Assembly: GCF_009914755.1 (NCBI RefSeq)
Contig: NC_060927.1
Source of the DNA: the human T2T-CHM13v2.0 reference genome, Homo sapiens
DNA: 64,000 nucleotides
Direction: 5' to 3' (one strand)
Shown in pieces: positions 1-13,975 of this stretch. The translations under genes and the position numbers were made by a program. The notes beneath the pieces were generated by a model, which was not told where the DNA came from, made no database searches, and saw only the letters and a program-made list of their open reading frames with translations. How positions within the stretch are numbered: position 1 is the stretch's first letter; every line of letters begins with the position of its first letter.

Positions 1-265
1 TCTTTTAGGCCCAGCTGGAGTAACTCATTTTCATTTCATATGCTATTATTTACTCCCTTATTTTACATTTCCTTTAATTCCTATATGTTTTACTCTTTAT
101 TCATTCTTAAAGAAGGAAGCATTCTATAAACTTGGTGCTTGTCAAACAACAGGTCTTTTTGGTCTTGTTCTCACTGAATGCTGAAATCAATAATGGTGAG
201 TGGATGTACACAGGTCTTAGACCTACATCAAATTTCAAGAATAGATTATCCTAGAGTAACTATGC

Positions 266-291
266 TATACTATACTATACTATACTATACT
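266..291. repeat. (TATAC)n pentanucleotide microsatellite
   Basis: ctatactatactatactatactatact, about 5 units. Confidence 0.9.
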
Positions 292-775
292 CAGTTTTAT
301 TTGCCTCTTACTGCCAGAACAAGTTCTACATTTTTTGAAATGTATCATAATTTTTTTACGATGGGATCAAAATATCTCAATATTTCATAAACATTTTAAT
401 AGATTTTTTCATTTCTTAAATGTAAAGTCCCATATATGTCCATTCCATCAAGCTCCTTATAGCCTTAAAACTTTTATACACTAATTTGTTTTTGGCACTC
501 AATTTGTTGCAGATTGACAGATGTATGTTAGATTTTCCCTCTGCAATTGTGTTTTGACAATTTTATTGTATCATTTAATGATTTTTGTATTAAATTTTAC
601 TTTTAGCTATAGTTTAATACTAATATCACCCTCCTTTCTTTTTGTTTGCATTTTCCTGATATATCTATGTCCCTTCATTTTTTATCCCTTTCTCTCCCAT
701 TTTGTTTAAAACAGCATATATTTAGAATTGGGTTTTGACCAATGCGTGGTTCTTTGTCTTTTAATAGAAATGATT

Positions 776-1079
<304 letters not shown>

Positions 1080-1189
1080 GGAAATGATTAAACCATTCAC
1101 ACTTAATGTGGTATGTTTGACCTGGCTTCTATCATCTTATTTTATACTTTTTATATTAATGTTTCCTTGCTATTTCCTTTTTTACGTAT

Positions 1190-1491
1190 TTTTTTTCTTT
1201 TCTTTTTTTGAGGCAGAGTCTCACCGTGTTGCTCAAGCTGGAAGTGCAGTGGCACAATCTTGGCTCACTGCAACATCTGCCTCCTGGGTTCAAGTGTTCT
1301 CCTGCCTCAGCCTCCTGAGTAGCTGGGATTATAGATGCCCACCACCACGCTAGGCTAATTTTTGTATTTTTAGTAGAGACCAGGTTTCACCATGTCAGCC
1401 AGGCTGGTCTCAAACTCCTGACCTCAAGTGATCCACCCACCTTGGCCTCCTGAAGCGCTGGGATTACAGGCATGAGCCTCCGCACCCAGCC
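1190..1491 (-). mobile_element. Alu (AluS-like), full length
   Basis: Poly-T then gaggcagagtctcac...ctcaaactcctgacctcaagtgatcc...cacccagcc. Confidence 0.96.
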
Positions 1492-2060
1492 CTTTTTTAG
1501 TTTTCATTCTTGGCTATAATGTTCCAAATCTTCCTCCTAATTTTGAAGTTAAGCATGGTATTTCTAGTTTTATATTCATCTACTGTCTTCTTATTTAAAA
1601 ATGTATTTAAACCTGTATTTTTCTGTGTTCAGCAATGAAACAATATTCAATGTTTCCCACAGCACAAAATGAGACATTCAGCACATCAAGGTTTTTTGCC
1701 TTGAGTAATCTGAGTTTTTAGCCCCACATTATTATCATTAAGTTTCTTATGTATCTTCTTTGTTGAGAGTAATTTTGGCAGTTGCATTGTTTCCTGACTA
1801 TATTAATAACATGTAAATACTAAGTCTATGTTTGTGTGGGTTTATTATTCACGCCACAGCTTTGATATCACATCTTTTCCATTCCCAAGCTTTAATGTTA
1901 ATTTCTCTGTTGACCAGAATAGTTTGAGTAAATACATTTTTTAATAAAGGATTTTAGTGGCCTACTTGCTGGGTGCTTTTTTTTTTTTTTTTTTCCTTGT
2001 CTGAGAATAGCTTTTTTTTTTCTGTACAAATTACTGAATAGAGAATTCTGGCTCATAATC

Positions 2061-2360
<300 letters not shown>

Positions 2361-2584
2361 TTCATTATCTTACTACCCCCAAATTCCACAGTCATACCTC
2401 AACTTATTTCTGATATTTAGTGTTGCACAATGTCTGACACTTGCTTATTTTTTCTCTGAAAATAAAACATTGTTTTTCTGTTTTCATACCAACAGATTTT
2501 TTCTTATAATTAATAATTTTCACCAGAATATACTTTTAATTTTTCCTGGTACACATTAACTATTTTGAAGTAATGTCAGGAAAT

Positions 2585-2675
2585 TTTTTTTTATTTAAAA
2601 ATTATTTAAATTTAAGTTCTGGGATACATGTGGAGAATAGGCAGGTTTGTTACATAGGTACACATGTGTCACGGT
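2585..2675 (-). mobile_element. L1PA 3'-end fragment
   Basis: ttaagttctgggatacatgtg...caggtttgttacataggtacacatgtg matches the antisense L1PA 3' terminus. Confidence 0.8.
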
Positions 2676-2697
2676 AAATTAAATTAAAAAAAAAAAT

Positions 2698-2803
2698 TAG
2701 AGACAGGTCTCGCTCTGTCACTCAGGCTGGAGTGCCATGTCACGATCTTGGCTCACTACAGCCTTGACCTTCTGGGCTTAAGCAATCCTCCTGCCTCAGC
2801 TAC
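2698..2803 (-). mobile_element. Partial Alu (AluJ/FRAM-like arm fragment)
   Basis: gagacaggtctcgctctgtcactcaggctggagtgc...gcaatcctcctgcctcagc. Confidence 0.85.
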
Positions 2804-3364
2804 CTATATTTTTATTATAACATCTTCTATTTTTTCTTTTCCTGAAAAATTCTGTATTTATATGTTTAATGTATTGAATAATAGCCTCCGTTTTCCCCTC
2901 ATTATTTCACTTTCATGTTTTTTGTCAGAATTGTGAGAATTCATGCTCATCTTTAGCTTTCTGCATTGTTCCAATGTTTGTGCTTCCACTGCATGATTTT
3001 AATTCTGCAAAATATTTTTCATTTCAAAGCAGGCAAAGTTTCACAATCTCAGATTGCTCTCTTTCAGATTGCTCCATGTTGATAGTTCCTGCTATATCCT
3101 CTTAAATCTCTATAAATATAACTTGGAGATTTTTAAGTTTATGTTCTCTCTTTTTTTTAGCATCTATTTTAAAGAGTGACATTAGCTTTGCATTCTTAGA
3201 TGTCTCCCTTCTTTGGAACTGCTAGATATTGTTTTCATGAGCTTCACAAAGAGTGAGTCCCATGGCCCCAGCACAAGGCACATCTGAGGGGCCATTGGAT
3301 ACGTTTGATTGAGATGTGTTTCCCATTGCCTGCCTACCTAGCATTCCTGTAGCTCTTGCCACTT

Positions 3365-4650
<1,286 letters not shown>

Positions 4651-4989
4651 AGTCTCTGATGCTTTACCTTTGGAGATGTTAGTGGAATTCTTCTAGGAGT
4701 CCTTTTCATTTAATCTCCAGGCCAACTTTTCCTTCCATTCTGATGACTTACAGTTGGTTGGTCTTTCCCTCAATCACTGTTGTGAACACTCTTTATTATG
4801 GAATGTTTTCAGAACGTCTGACATGTGGATTATATTGGTGTCCTTTGCTAGTTGTCAGTACTATAACAAATATTCCCAAATATTTTTATATTAATTTGGT
4901 TATTTCAGTAAAAATCATGGAAGGTAAGAGTTAAATGTGTAGGCTTCATTTTCCATTTTTAAGGCCTTATTTTTTGAAAGTGGTATCCC

Positions 4990-5152
4990 TGCACCATAAT
5001 TACCCTAACTACTGGTTAAAAATACTGGTTCGAGGCCCCCTTCCCACACCTCTGGCTCAGAGTCTCTGAGGAGAGAGCCTTAGGATCCACGTTTCATTAC
5101 AAAAGAAATCTCTAGGAAGTTCTAATGCAAATGAAAATTAGAGAACTACTGG
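4990..5152. mobile_element. MER5-like hAT-Charlie DNA transposon fragment
   Basis: ...gaagttctaatgcaaatgaaaattagagaactactg resembles a MER5 terminus. Confidence 0.5.
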
Positions 5153-5543
5153 GTTCAGTGGTGACTCGTGAGCAGTTAAAAGAGAAGGGAATGATCCCTT
5201 GGAACTAACCAAGGTTCACCAAGAAGTCATGGCAGGTGATTCTTACATCTTCTTGACAGGTACATTAGTTATATAACTCAGGGAAATGTGGTAGACAGTG
5301 GATGTAAGTGCAGGAGACTTGACAAAGTTTTCATGAGCCTTGCAGGCATGATGGAGAAATACCCATTGAATACAAAAACAGGGACAACACGCAAGCAAGA
5401 CCATGACTGGTGCAGATCCAGTTTCGGTTCTGACACCTTAAAGTAGTTTTAGAGAAACTGTAATGCACATGTAGGAGATTTACCAGAGGAGCTAAGGAAT
5501 TAAAAGCTCTGTAATTTGAGAAATCGCTGAATGTTTTGTTTAG

Positions 5544-5740
5544 CAATGGTTCTTAACTCTTCTGAACATTGGCATAGTTGGTAGCACTGGGAGACGTAAA
5601 AAAGTACTGAGGCCCAAGCTTTGACCCCAGACCAATTAAGTAAGCATCTCTGGGAGTGGGACCCACAACTGGTGCTTTTTCAAGGCCCCTCCCCACTCCC
5701 CCCAGGCAATGTTAATGTTAAACAGACTTGAGAACCACTA
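5544..5740. mobile_element. MER5A/B-like hAT-Charlie MITE
   Basis: Terminal inverted repeats caatggttcttaa...ttgagaaccacta; internal ccccagaccaattaagt...atctctgggagtggg. Confidence 0.75.
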
Positions 5741-6849
5741 GCTTAGAGAGAAAGACCATGCTTACAAATTTGTGAGCTCTAATATGGAAGATGGGCATAA
5801 GTGTTTCTGTAAGCCACCCCCCTGCTTGACCATTCACCTGGCAGAAGTGGACATTGGTCTGAGTCAATAGACGGCTACTGGGACAGCTCAGTTGCCAAGC
5901 CCAGACTCTCAATGCTGTGAGATGTTTCTTTCCCTTATTAGATAGGCATGGACCTCCTTGACATGGATCTTTCAGGTACTGGCAATACATTGATCTAGAT
6001 ACATGGAAATAGACTCTCCCCTGATCTCATGAGTTTTCACGTTTCACCCACCACTTGCACTGAGGACTTCGTTATCTGGGCCTCCAGCCACGGAGCTCAT
6101 CTATCCAATTACATCTCCATCTGGATCTCTCACTGAAACCTCAAAGTTAACGTGCCCTGAACTGAACTTGTTACCTAACCCCACACCTGCTCCTGTTCCT
6201 CAATTCTCTTGGTCAATGAAACCACTATCTTCCCAGGTGTAGGAGCCTGGTGGCCACCTTTGGCTTCTCTGCCTCCCTCAGCCCCCTCACATACACTCAG
6301 TTACAAGTTCTTTCCTGGTTCTGTCCCTGACTCCACCTGTACTGCCATTGGTTTAGCCCTCATCTCCCTGGAACTCCCTCAAAAGCCTCTCAGGGGCAGC
6401 CTCACTTTCCATCTTCTCTCCTTCTAAGACAGCAGCCTGAGGGGTTGCTCTAATGTTAAAATGTGGCCACGTCAGTCCCCACTTATGAGTTCTCAGTGCC
6501 CCTCCCCTCATCACTAGCTACAAGAAAAAAAATGCACACTTTAATGTGACAAACGAGACCCTCCATGGCCCAGCTCCTGTCCACATTTCCAGACTCATCT
6601 CCCATAACTTTCTGACTCACAGTTTTTGCTCCAGCAACACTGAAGTGTAGACAACAAAAACTGGCTTTGCATACATGGTTCCCTTTACCTAGAATTTATT
6701 ACCCTCATTCCTTCACTTAACTTCACGCATCCTTTAAATTTCAGTTCAAGCTCATCTACTCCAGAGCGTATTACCTGATTTCCTAGGTCCAATACCTTCC
6801 CAGGCCGAGGACGTGACCCTTTCCTGACTCTCATCTAAAGATTGACTCT

Positions 6850-7326
<477 letters not shown>

Positions 7327-8734
7327 AACAGTGGACTCTGTTCCACTCAGCTCCTGGAAACCCAGTTGATCCTATCCCAAGAAATGAGTCCTATGACTAG
7401 CATGAAGTGGGTGCTCAGCACATATTTACTGATTGAATATTGGTTAAACGATGGAGCATCCTCAGGAGAGCATTGCTATGGTTTGCATCATTTAGGGATT
7501 AAAGAATGGTGTGGTCTTTGGGGCACCATGGGACTTTTTCCCCTATAGGAACATATGGCTACTAGCTTCCTAATAGTTGAGAAAGATCACTTTGTGATCA
7601 TCCAGGCCTGCTGGACATGCCGGCATGAGAAAAGGGAAGAGACTGACTTCCACCAGTGAATATCTTTATGTCAGGTTCTGGGGATCAGGAACATCCTTGT
7701 TGATGAGACTTTTGGATGGGGAGTTTGGGGGGCTAGATGAGAGTAACCATTTTGTGTGGCTTCCAAGGAAGGGACACCCTGGCCTTCTGGGAGCTGGAAA
7801 GAGCTTTCTCTAGCTTATTTACTTTAACTGCAAGTCAGGGGCACGACGGAGCTGGTGAAGTACTATGAGCCACTGTTCCCAGAGCAGAGGGGTGGAGAAA
7901 TGCAGCAGGAAATGGAAACATTTAGGCCAAAAACATTTCAAGTATTTCAGCATCTAAGGATCAAAGTGGCCTCACTGACCTTTGGCTACTTGGAACTTTC
8001 ACACCAGATCAGCCATCAGCAAAGTGAAAACTTGGTTTCTCTGCAGACGACACTGTTTATTCCCAAGGCGAGAAGAAAACTTCCAACGCAAAACACACAG
8101 AAAGGAGTGATGGACCCAAATGATTAACTGGGCAGGCAAGTCTGGGTTTTGTCAGCTGCTGTCTGGCCATTGAGTTTTTCTCTTCCATCCCTTTTCTTGC
8201 CACAGCAGACTTTTCTAGATGCCTCCATTTTTCACTTGGAAAATGAGAGCTCTTAAGCTCTTTCCTTCTTTTCTCTTACACATCATGATTCCAGGAAAGA
8301 ATCTTTAACTTTCACTGAAGCATCAATGACTTAAGAAGCGAATTCCAAGAGGAGAAATAGATATTTTTGCAGGAAATAAAGCCTTAAGCTTCTTCAGAAA
8401 AGGAAGTGAAAAGAGGAGTTATGCCCTGGAGAAGGCACTGGTCAGAGTGGTGAGACCCTGGCTCCTATTCTGGCTGGGTAACCCCAGGCAGGGCACTTAT
8501 TATGTTGGGGGTTTCCTTATTTCTCAGGATGAAGGCTTAGAACCAGATGTTCTCTTGGCTCCTTCTCTGATCTCATTTTCTATGACGCCAGAAATTCTTA
8601 GATCTGCCCCAAATTAATATATATCTCTAATCCTAATTGAATAACATCCCAGGGTGCTGAGACAGTGTGCAATTGAGGTAATTAGACCATGCTCCTTAAT
8701 TTGTTCAGAATCATAGAGTTAAGGAAGCCACTAC

Positions 8735-9510
8735 TATCTCCATCATCACCCTGCCCCCAACCACCATTATCATTATCACCACCATCACCCCCACAACTAT
8801 CACCACCACCATCAATACCACCACCAACACCACTATCGTCAACTCCCCACACAACTACCATCACCGCTACCACCAACACCACTATCGTCAACTCCCCACA
8901 CAACTACCATCACCGCTACCACCAACAACACCACTATCGTCAACTCCCCACACAACTACCATCACCGCTACCACCAACACCAACACCACTACCACCAGCA
9001 CGATCATCATCACCACCATTATTGTCACCCCCCACCACCACTACCATCACCACTATCACCACCACCAACAACACTACTCCTACCACCATGATCATCACCA
9101 CCACCACCACTACCATCACCACTATCACCACCACCACCACCACCATGAACACTACTCCCACCACTATGATCATCACCACCATTATCATAACCCCCACAAC
9201 CACTACCATCACCACTATCACCACCACCACCATCACCTCCACTGCCACTACCACCATCACCACTATCACCACCACCACCACCTTACCACCATTACCCCCA
9301 CCACCATCACCCCACCACTACCACCACCACAATAATCACCCCTACTACTGCCACCACTATCACCAGCACCACCACCAGCATCACTGTCCTACCACTACCA
9401 TCATTACCCCATTACCACCATCACCAGCACCAGCACCAGCACCAGCATCACTGTCCTACCACCAGCATCACCACCACCATTACCACCATCATCACCACCA
9501 CTACCATCAC
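8735..9510. repeat. (CAC/CAT/TAC)n low-complexity tract with an embedded 49-bp tandem unit
   Basis: Degenerate triplet repeat; three near-identical 49-52 bp units at 8821-8970. Confidence 0.95.
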
Positions 9511-9639
9511 CTTCATGAGAAATAAAGTTCTACTTTTTAAAATGGGAAAATTTATAAAAATGTCTTAATTTGAGGGACTGATGTTAATTCCAGGGAACAT
9601 TCTGGAATGGGATGTGGAATGAGCTTTTAGGATTGAAGC

Positions 9640-10870
9640 TGTGATTTCAAGGAACCAGCATGGAATCACTGAAATTAGTTTATGTCAGACCAACAAAATT
9701 GCTTCTTTGACAAGATTATTGGACGGAAGATCAAGGAAATACCAGTGATGAAGAATATTTGGAGTTTATCAGAGACCTTTGATAAGATTCTTCTAATAAT
9801 GTTGAAAAAGATGAAGAAATATGGGCTCAGTTATAGTACAGAAAGCTGAATAAATTTTCTAAGTAAGTGCTGTTTAATTATTGAATTAATATCTATGTTT
9901 AGGGAACATACAGTGGAATGCCTCAGAATCCCATAGTGTTCATTATTTTTATTGATGACTTAGATGAAGAGGTCGTGCTCATCAGATTCAGAGATGGCAG
10001 GAAGCTGGCTGAGAGGGCCGGTAAATACACTGGATGCTAGAATCACAGCCAGAAATATCTGGGCAAGTTGGCGAGGCAGACTGAACTGAACAAGATAAAA
10101 TGAGAAACAATGCACAGTCTCTAGAGTGGCTGTGAGGGGGTGTGGGCAAGTATCGGGTGAAGGCGAGCAGGTGGGCAATGCAGTTCAAGAGCAAGTTTAA
10201 AAGAGAATTGGGTTACTTCAGTTGATATTAAGCTCAACAGGTGTCAATGGTATAGATTCTTAATTAGACCTTAAAGAGTTTTAATAGAAATAGGAAATAG
10301 AATGAGGAGGTGGTAATTTCAGTCTTCTCCATGCTGATTAGGACTCCCTTGAAATTTTGCACTTTATTCTTTAAGAATAAAGAAATTAGAGAAAACTAGG
10401 ACAAGAGTGATGATAATAATAGTGAGGGCACTGGAGCAAATGGCCCATGAGGTAGGGTGGAGCAGTGAAAAGGGCGTTGGCCAGGGATTTGAGAGCCAAG
10501 TTACCCCATTAATAGGTTGCGAGATCTTAAGAGCTGGTTCAGGACTCCCTGAGGAGAAGCACAGACTATGGTGGTTGACTGGTCTGCTCTTGTAGGTTTT
10601 TGGTTCCCCGCCCTTTTCCCCCTTCTCTTCCAGGGGAGGAGATGGGGCCAGCATCCACCAACTCCCATCAGTAGGAGAGGGGAGAGTTGCTGGCTTCTGG
10701 GTTCTTTCCTCGCAGAGGCTCATGCATGCACAGCCTGGGCCTCTGGGAGTGTCCAGGTTGGAGGGATCCTCGCCATCTGTTGATGGTGTTGTGTGGGGAG
10801 TTGGAGCAGTTGGGGGAGCTGGAACAGATGATCTTAGTAGTTACTCCCATCTCTGAGAGTCTAGATTTCA
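9640..10870 (+). mobile_element. L3/CR1 LINE remnant (reverse transcriptase region to 3' end)
   Basis: Decayed CR1 RT motifs in order: cagcatggaatcact (QHGF), tatttggagtttatcagagacctttgataag (YLDFSKAFD), ggaatgcctcag (GVPQ), tttattgatgacttagat (FINDLD), atcagattcagagatg (IKFADD); L3-like tail near 10820-10870. Confidence 0.75.
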
Positions 10871-10881
10871 AGACACGCTGA
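10604..10881 (+). repeat. Dispersed direct duplication, copy 1 (278 bp)
   Basis: Identical to 13698-13975 except at 4 positions. Confidence 0.98.
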
Positions 10882-11164
10882 AATCAGGTCAGGCCACACT
10901 ATGGGTGGGTTCCTTTCTCCCTCCTTCACCCATCCAGGGACAGGTTCTCTTAAGACCCTGAGCAAAATTTTGCACTCTTGATATGTGATTCAGAGTCATA
11001 AATTATACCCATTGTTTCTCTTGGAAAGCTTTCAAAAGTCCCCTTTCTGTGATTTCCCAGGAAGCCAAGATGGTGGCAATCCTAATCCACATCACAACAC
11101 ACAGCAGTTATTGAGGCAGTAAAGCAAAAGGTCCAAGAAAAAAAGAGAAGATAAATAAAGAGAA

Positions 11165-11390
11165 AAGGCTTTGAAATCATATAGACCTGAGTTTCAATCT
11201 CAGTCTCTCCTATCAGCTTTGTGACCATAGGCAAATTACTGAAACTTTCTGAGACTCAGTTTCCTTATCTGTGAGATGGGGTTAATACCAGGAGTGTAGT
11301 GATGTGAATATCAGGTGAAGCTATGCGTGCACAGAACATAGCCCAATGTGGGACTCAGAGTCGGTGCCCAGTAAGTGCTATTGCTAATAT
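11165..11390 (+). mobile_element. MIR SINE
   Basis: Core gtgaccataggcaaattactgaaactttctgagactcagtttccttatctgtgagatgggg. Confidence 0.8.
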
Positions 11391-11531
11391 TACCACAACA
11401 TTTACTACCACCATCCCTCCTTTATCTTTCTCTCCCTCATCTCTTCGGGGCTAGGCACTGTGCTAGTGCAGAGGATACAGTGGAAAACAAGACAGACATA
11501 GACACACACTTTGCTTGCACCAAGCTTACAC

Positions 11532-11735
11532 TGTAGCACAGTCCAGTTAAACTTTTTGCAATGATGGAAATCTTTTAAATGTGCATTCTCCAATATGATA
11601 GCCAGAAATCACATGCTGCATGTAAGCACTAGCAATGTGACTGGTGTGACCGAGGAACTGAATTTTAAATTTCATTTAATTTTAATGAACTAAAGTTAAA
11701 CAGGAAATAGTCACATGTGAAAACAGACAGCACAG
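11532..11735 (+). mobile_element. MER3-like hAT-Charlie DNA transposon
   Basis: actttttgcaatgatggaaat...aatgtgactggtgtgaccgaggaactgaattttaaatttcatttaattttaat. Confidence 0.8.
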
Positions 11736-11844
11736 CTCTAGACACCTTTCAGGTATATTTCTGGGACTGACTAGCCTGAGCAGAATAAAGGTATGCTGAA
11801 AGAGAAATGCACGTAAAGCATCCAGTACAGGACCTGGAAAATTC

Positions 11845-12090
11845 TCTTATTCGTTCATTCGTCACATTTAATTGTTGACTATGGATTGGCACTATCTCAG
11901 GTGCTGGGGATACAGAAAAGGATTAGACATGGTCTCTGCCTTCAGGGGGCTCATAGTTCAGTGGGAGATATGCAAATAGTGACTTCGCCATAGCGAGGTA
12001 AGCTTACGCACAGGTGCTGTGGATTCAGGACATCTCTAGGGTGGGCTTCCCTGAAGGATGTTTCCGGACCTGAGCTGAATCTTGCATAAA
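11845..12090 (-). mobile_element. L2 3' fragment
   Basis: ttcgttcattcgtcacatttaattg...ggtgctggggatacag...tctgccttcagggggctcatagt. Confidence 0.65.
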
Positions 12091-12226
12091 TTGATCTCAG
12101 AGTGGGAGCAACAACAGATTATATTCCAGGGCTACTAAACCCACTGCTGGTGGCAGAGGTGGCTTGGAGATCAACGAGGCTCTAGGAACAACTCATAGCT
12201 AGGGCCAGTTTGTTTTCTTCTAACCC

Positions 12227-12228
<2 letters not shown>

Positions 12229-12260
<32 letters not shown>
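12229..12260. repeat. (TG)16 microsatellite
   Basis: Direct. Confidence 0.97.
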
Positions 12261-12264
<4 letters not shown>

Positions 12265-12924
12265 GTATTGCCTAATTCAATCTCTCTTCTGCCAGCCACA
12301 TTTTGTTTCCACCTGAGGACATTTTTTTTAAATGATGGGTATAACTTTATTTTTAAATTGTTTTATTACTATTAATAGTTACTAGCCTTGATTTCTTTTT
12401 TTTTTTTAGTCAGACAAACTCTGTTACTTATAAAGTGACATCAGCTCTCACTATGGTTGGGTGTGGAATTCTGATACTTGGTACAAATAAACAACTCTTT
12501 GAATATGGCCAGTATGTGAGGAAGCTGTTGCTGATGGGTTAAGCTTGCTGAACCTGGCTGTGATCATGATGCACGTTCACAAGAGTGAATGTTGTTATAA
12601 TGACTTGTATGGAGAAGTGGGACATTATACACATTTGTATATTTTACATGATGGTTTGATTTGTTCAAAGTTAGTATGTGACATTTAGCTAGAGAATTCT
12701 GCAGCTGATACTTGCTCACATAAAAATAGGTATAGCTTTATGTTGTATGGTTTCCATAATCCCTCCCGAGTGTATAAAGCAAGGTGATATGTGTGATTCC
12801 TTCTTCCATGAGACTGAAGAATGCTCGTGTGATGTGGCTTGGTCGTGTGAGGCCTTGGCCTATTTGGATTCCTAAAGGTCATCTGCTTGAACTATGGCCG
12901 AGTTGTTTCTGGTGAATGGAATCC

Positions 12925-13690
12925 TAAATTAGTGTACCCTTTTTGAAAAGTGGCTTCTCATATATACTGTGAGCCTTAAAACATTCATGCCCTTTGGCCT
13001 GGTGATCTATTTCTAGGCATCTATCCAAAGGAAGTAATGGGAAGTGTGTGCAGTAAAGACTTTGCCCAGAGTTATTTGTAGTTGCTAAAGACAGGAAGCA
13101 ACTTAAATAACTAACAGTGTAATAATATGCAGCCAGGAAAACAATGTTCATGAAGGTCTTTTGCTACAACACTAATTCAGAAAAAAGCAGAGAACCAATA
13201 GCTACAGGGGCTCAGCAACCATACTTTTGAGTCAGACAGCCTGGGTTTGAATCTTGATTCTGCCACATACTAGCTATGTAACTTGGGCAAGTCACCTGAA
13301 GTCTTAGAACCCTAGAAAAATGCAACCCTAGAAAAATGGGATTGATAGTAATAACACCTCAGAGGGACTCCTGAGGATTAAAGGATATAATGAATATAAA
13401 ATTTAACACCATGCAAAGTATACTTATTAGGCACCCAATAAATGCTGGCTCTCTATGGATTGTATAATTTCAAGGCATAAAAACAGATGGAAAGGAAATA
13501 TGCCAGTATATTAACAGTGTGGGATGGGAGTGGTAGGATCATGGGTGATTGATTTGTTCTTTGCATACTTTTCAACTTCCCAATTTTTAGGCAATGAACA
13601 TGAATTACTTTTATACTAAAAGAGTACATTATAATGATGTAATACAATAAGATATACATTTTAAAAGTTTTAAAGTTTTACCACAAAGAA
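12925..13690 (+). mobile_element. L1ME-type 3' remnant with an inserted MIR (about 13205-13450)
   Basis: ttctaggcatctatccaaaggaa...; MIR core ctgggtttgaatcttgattctgccacatactagctatgtaacttgggcaagtcac; L1ME tail aatgaacatgaattacttttata. Confidence 0.65.
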
Positions 13691-13697
13691 AAGGTAC

Positions 13698-13975
13698 TTC
13701 CCCGCCCTTTTCCCCCTTCTCTTCCAGGGGAGGAGATGGGGCCAGCATCCACCAACTCCCATCAGTAGGAGAGGGGAGAGTTGCTGGCTTCTGGGTTCTT
13801 TCCTCGCAGAGGCTCACACATGCACAGCCTGGGCCTCTGGGAGTGTCCGGGTTGGAGGGATCCTCACCATCTGTTGATGGTGTTGTGTGGGGAGTTGGAG
13901 CAGTTGGGGGAGCTGGAACAGATGATCTTAGTAGTTACTCCCATCTCTGAGAGTCTAGATTTCAAGACACGCTGA
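13698..13975 (+). repeat. Dispersed direct duplication, copy 2 (278 bp)
   Basis: Offset 3094 bp from copy 1; 274/278 identical. Confidence 0.98.

Noticed and set aside
8821-8970. Regularly spaced repeats as a CRISPR-like array
   Set aside because: Head-to-tail tandem units with no unique spacers, no cas genes and a primate context.
8689-9525. 278-aa Pro/Thr/His-rich mucin-like ORF, and the antisense Val-rich ORF
   Set aside because: It coincides with the (CAC)n low-complexity tract, which lacks stop codons by composition. There is no domain or splice support.
12396-12925. NUMT or processed pseudogene, suggested by the T-run and strand-skewed composition
   Set aside because: I could not match it to mitochondrial genes or a known mRNA, and I see no TSD or canonical poly-A signal. 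Kept only as a possible RTE remnant.
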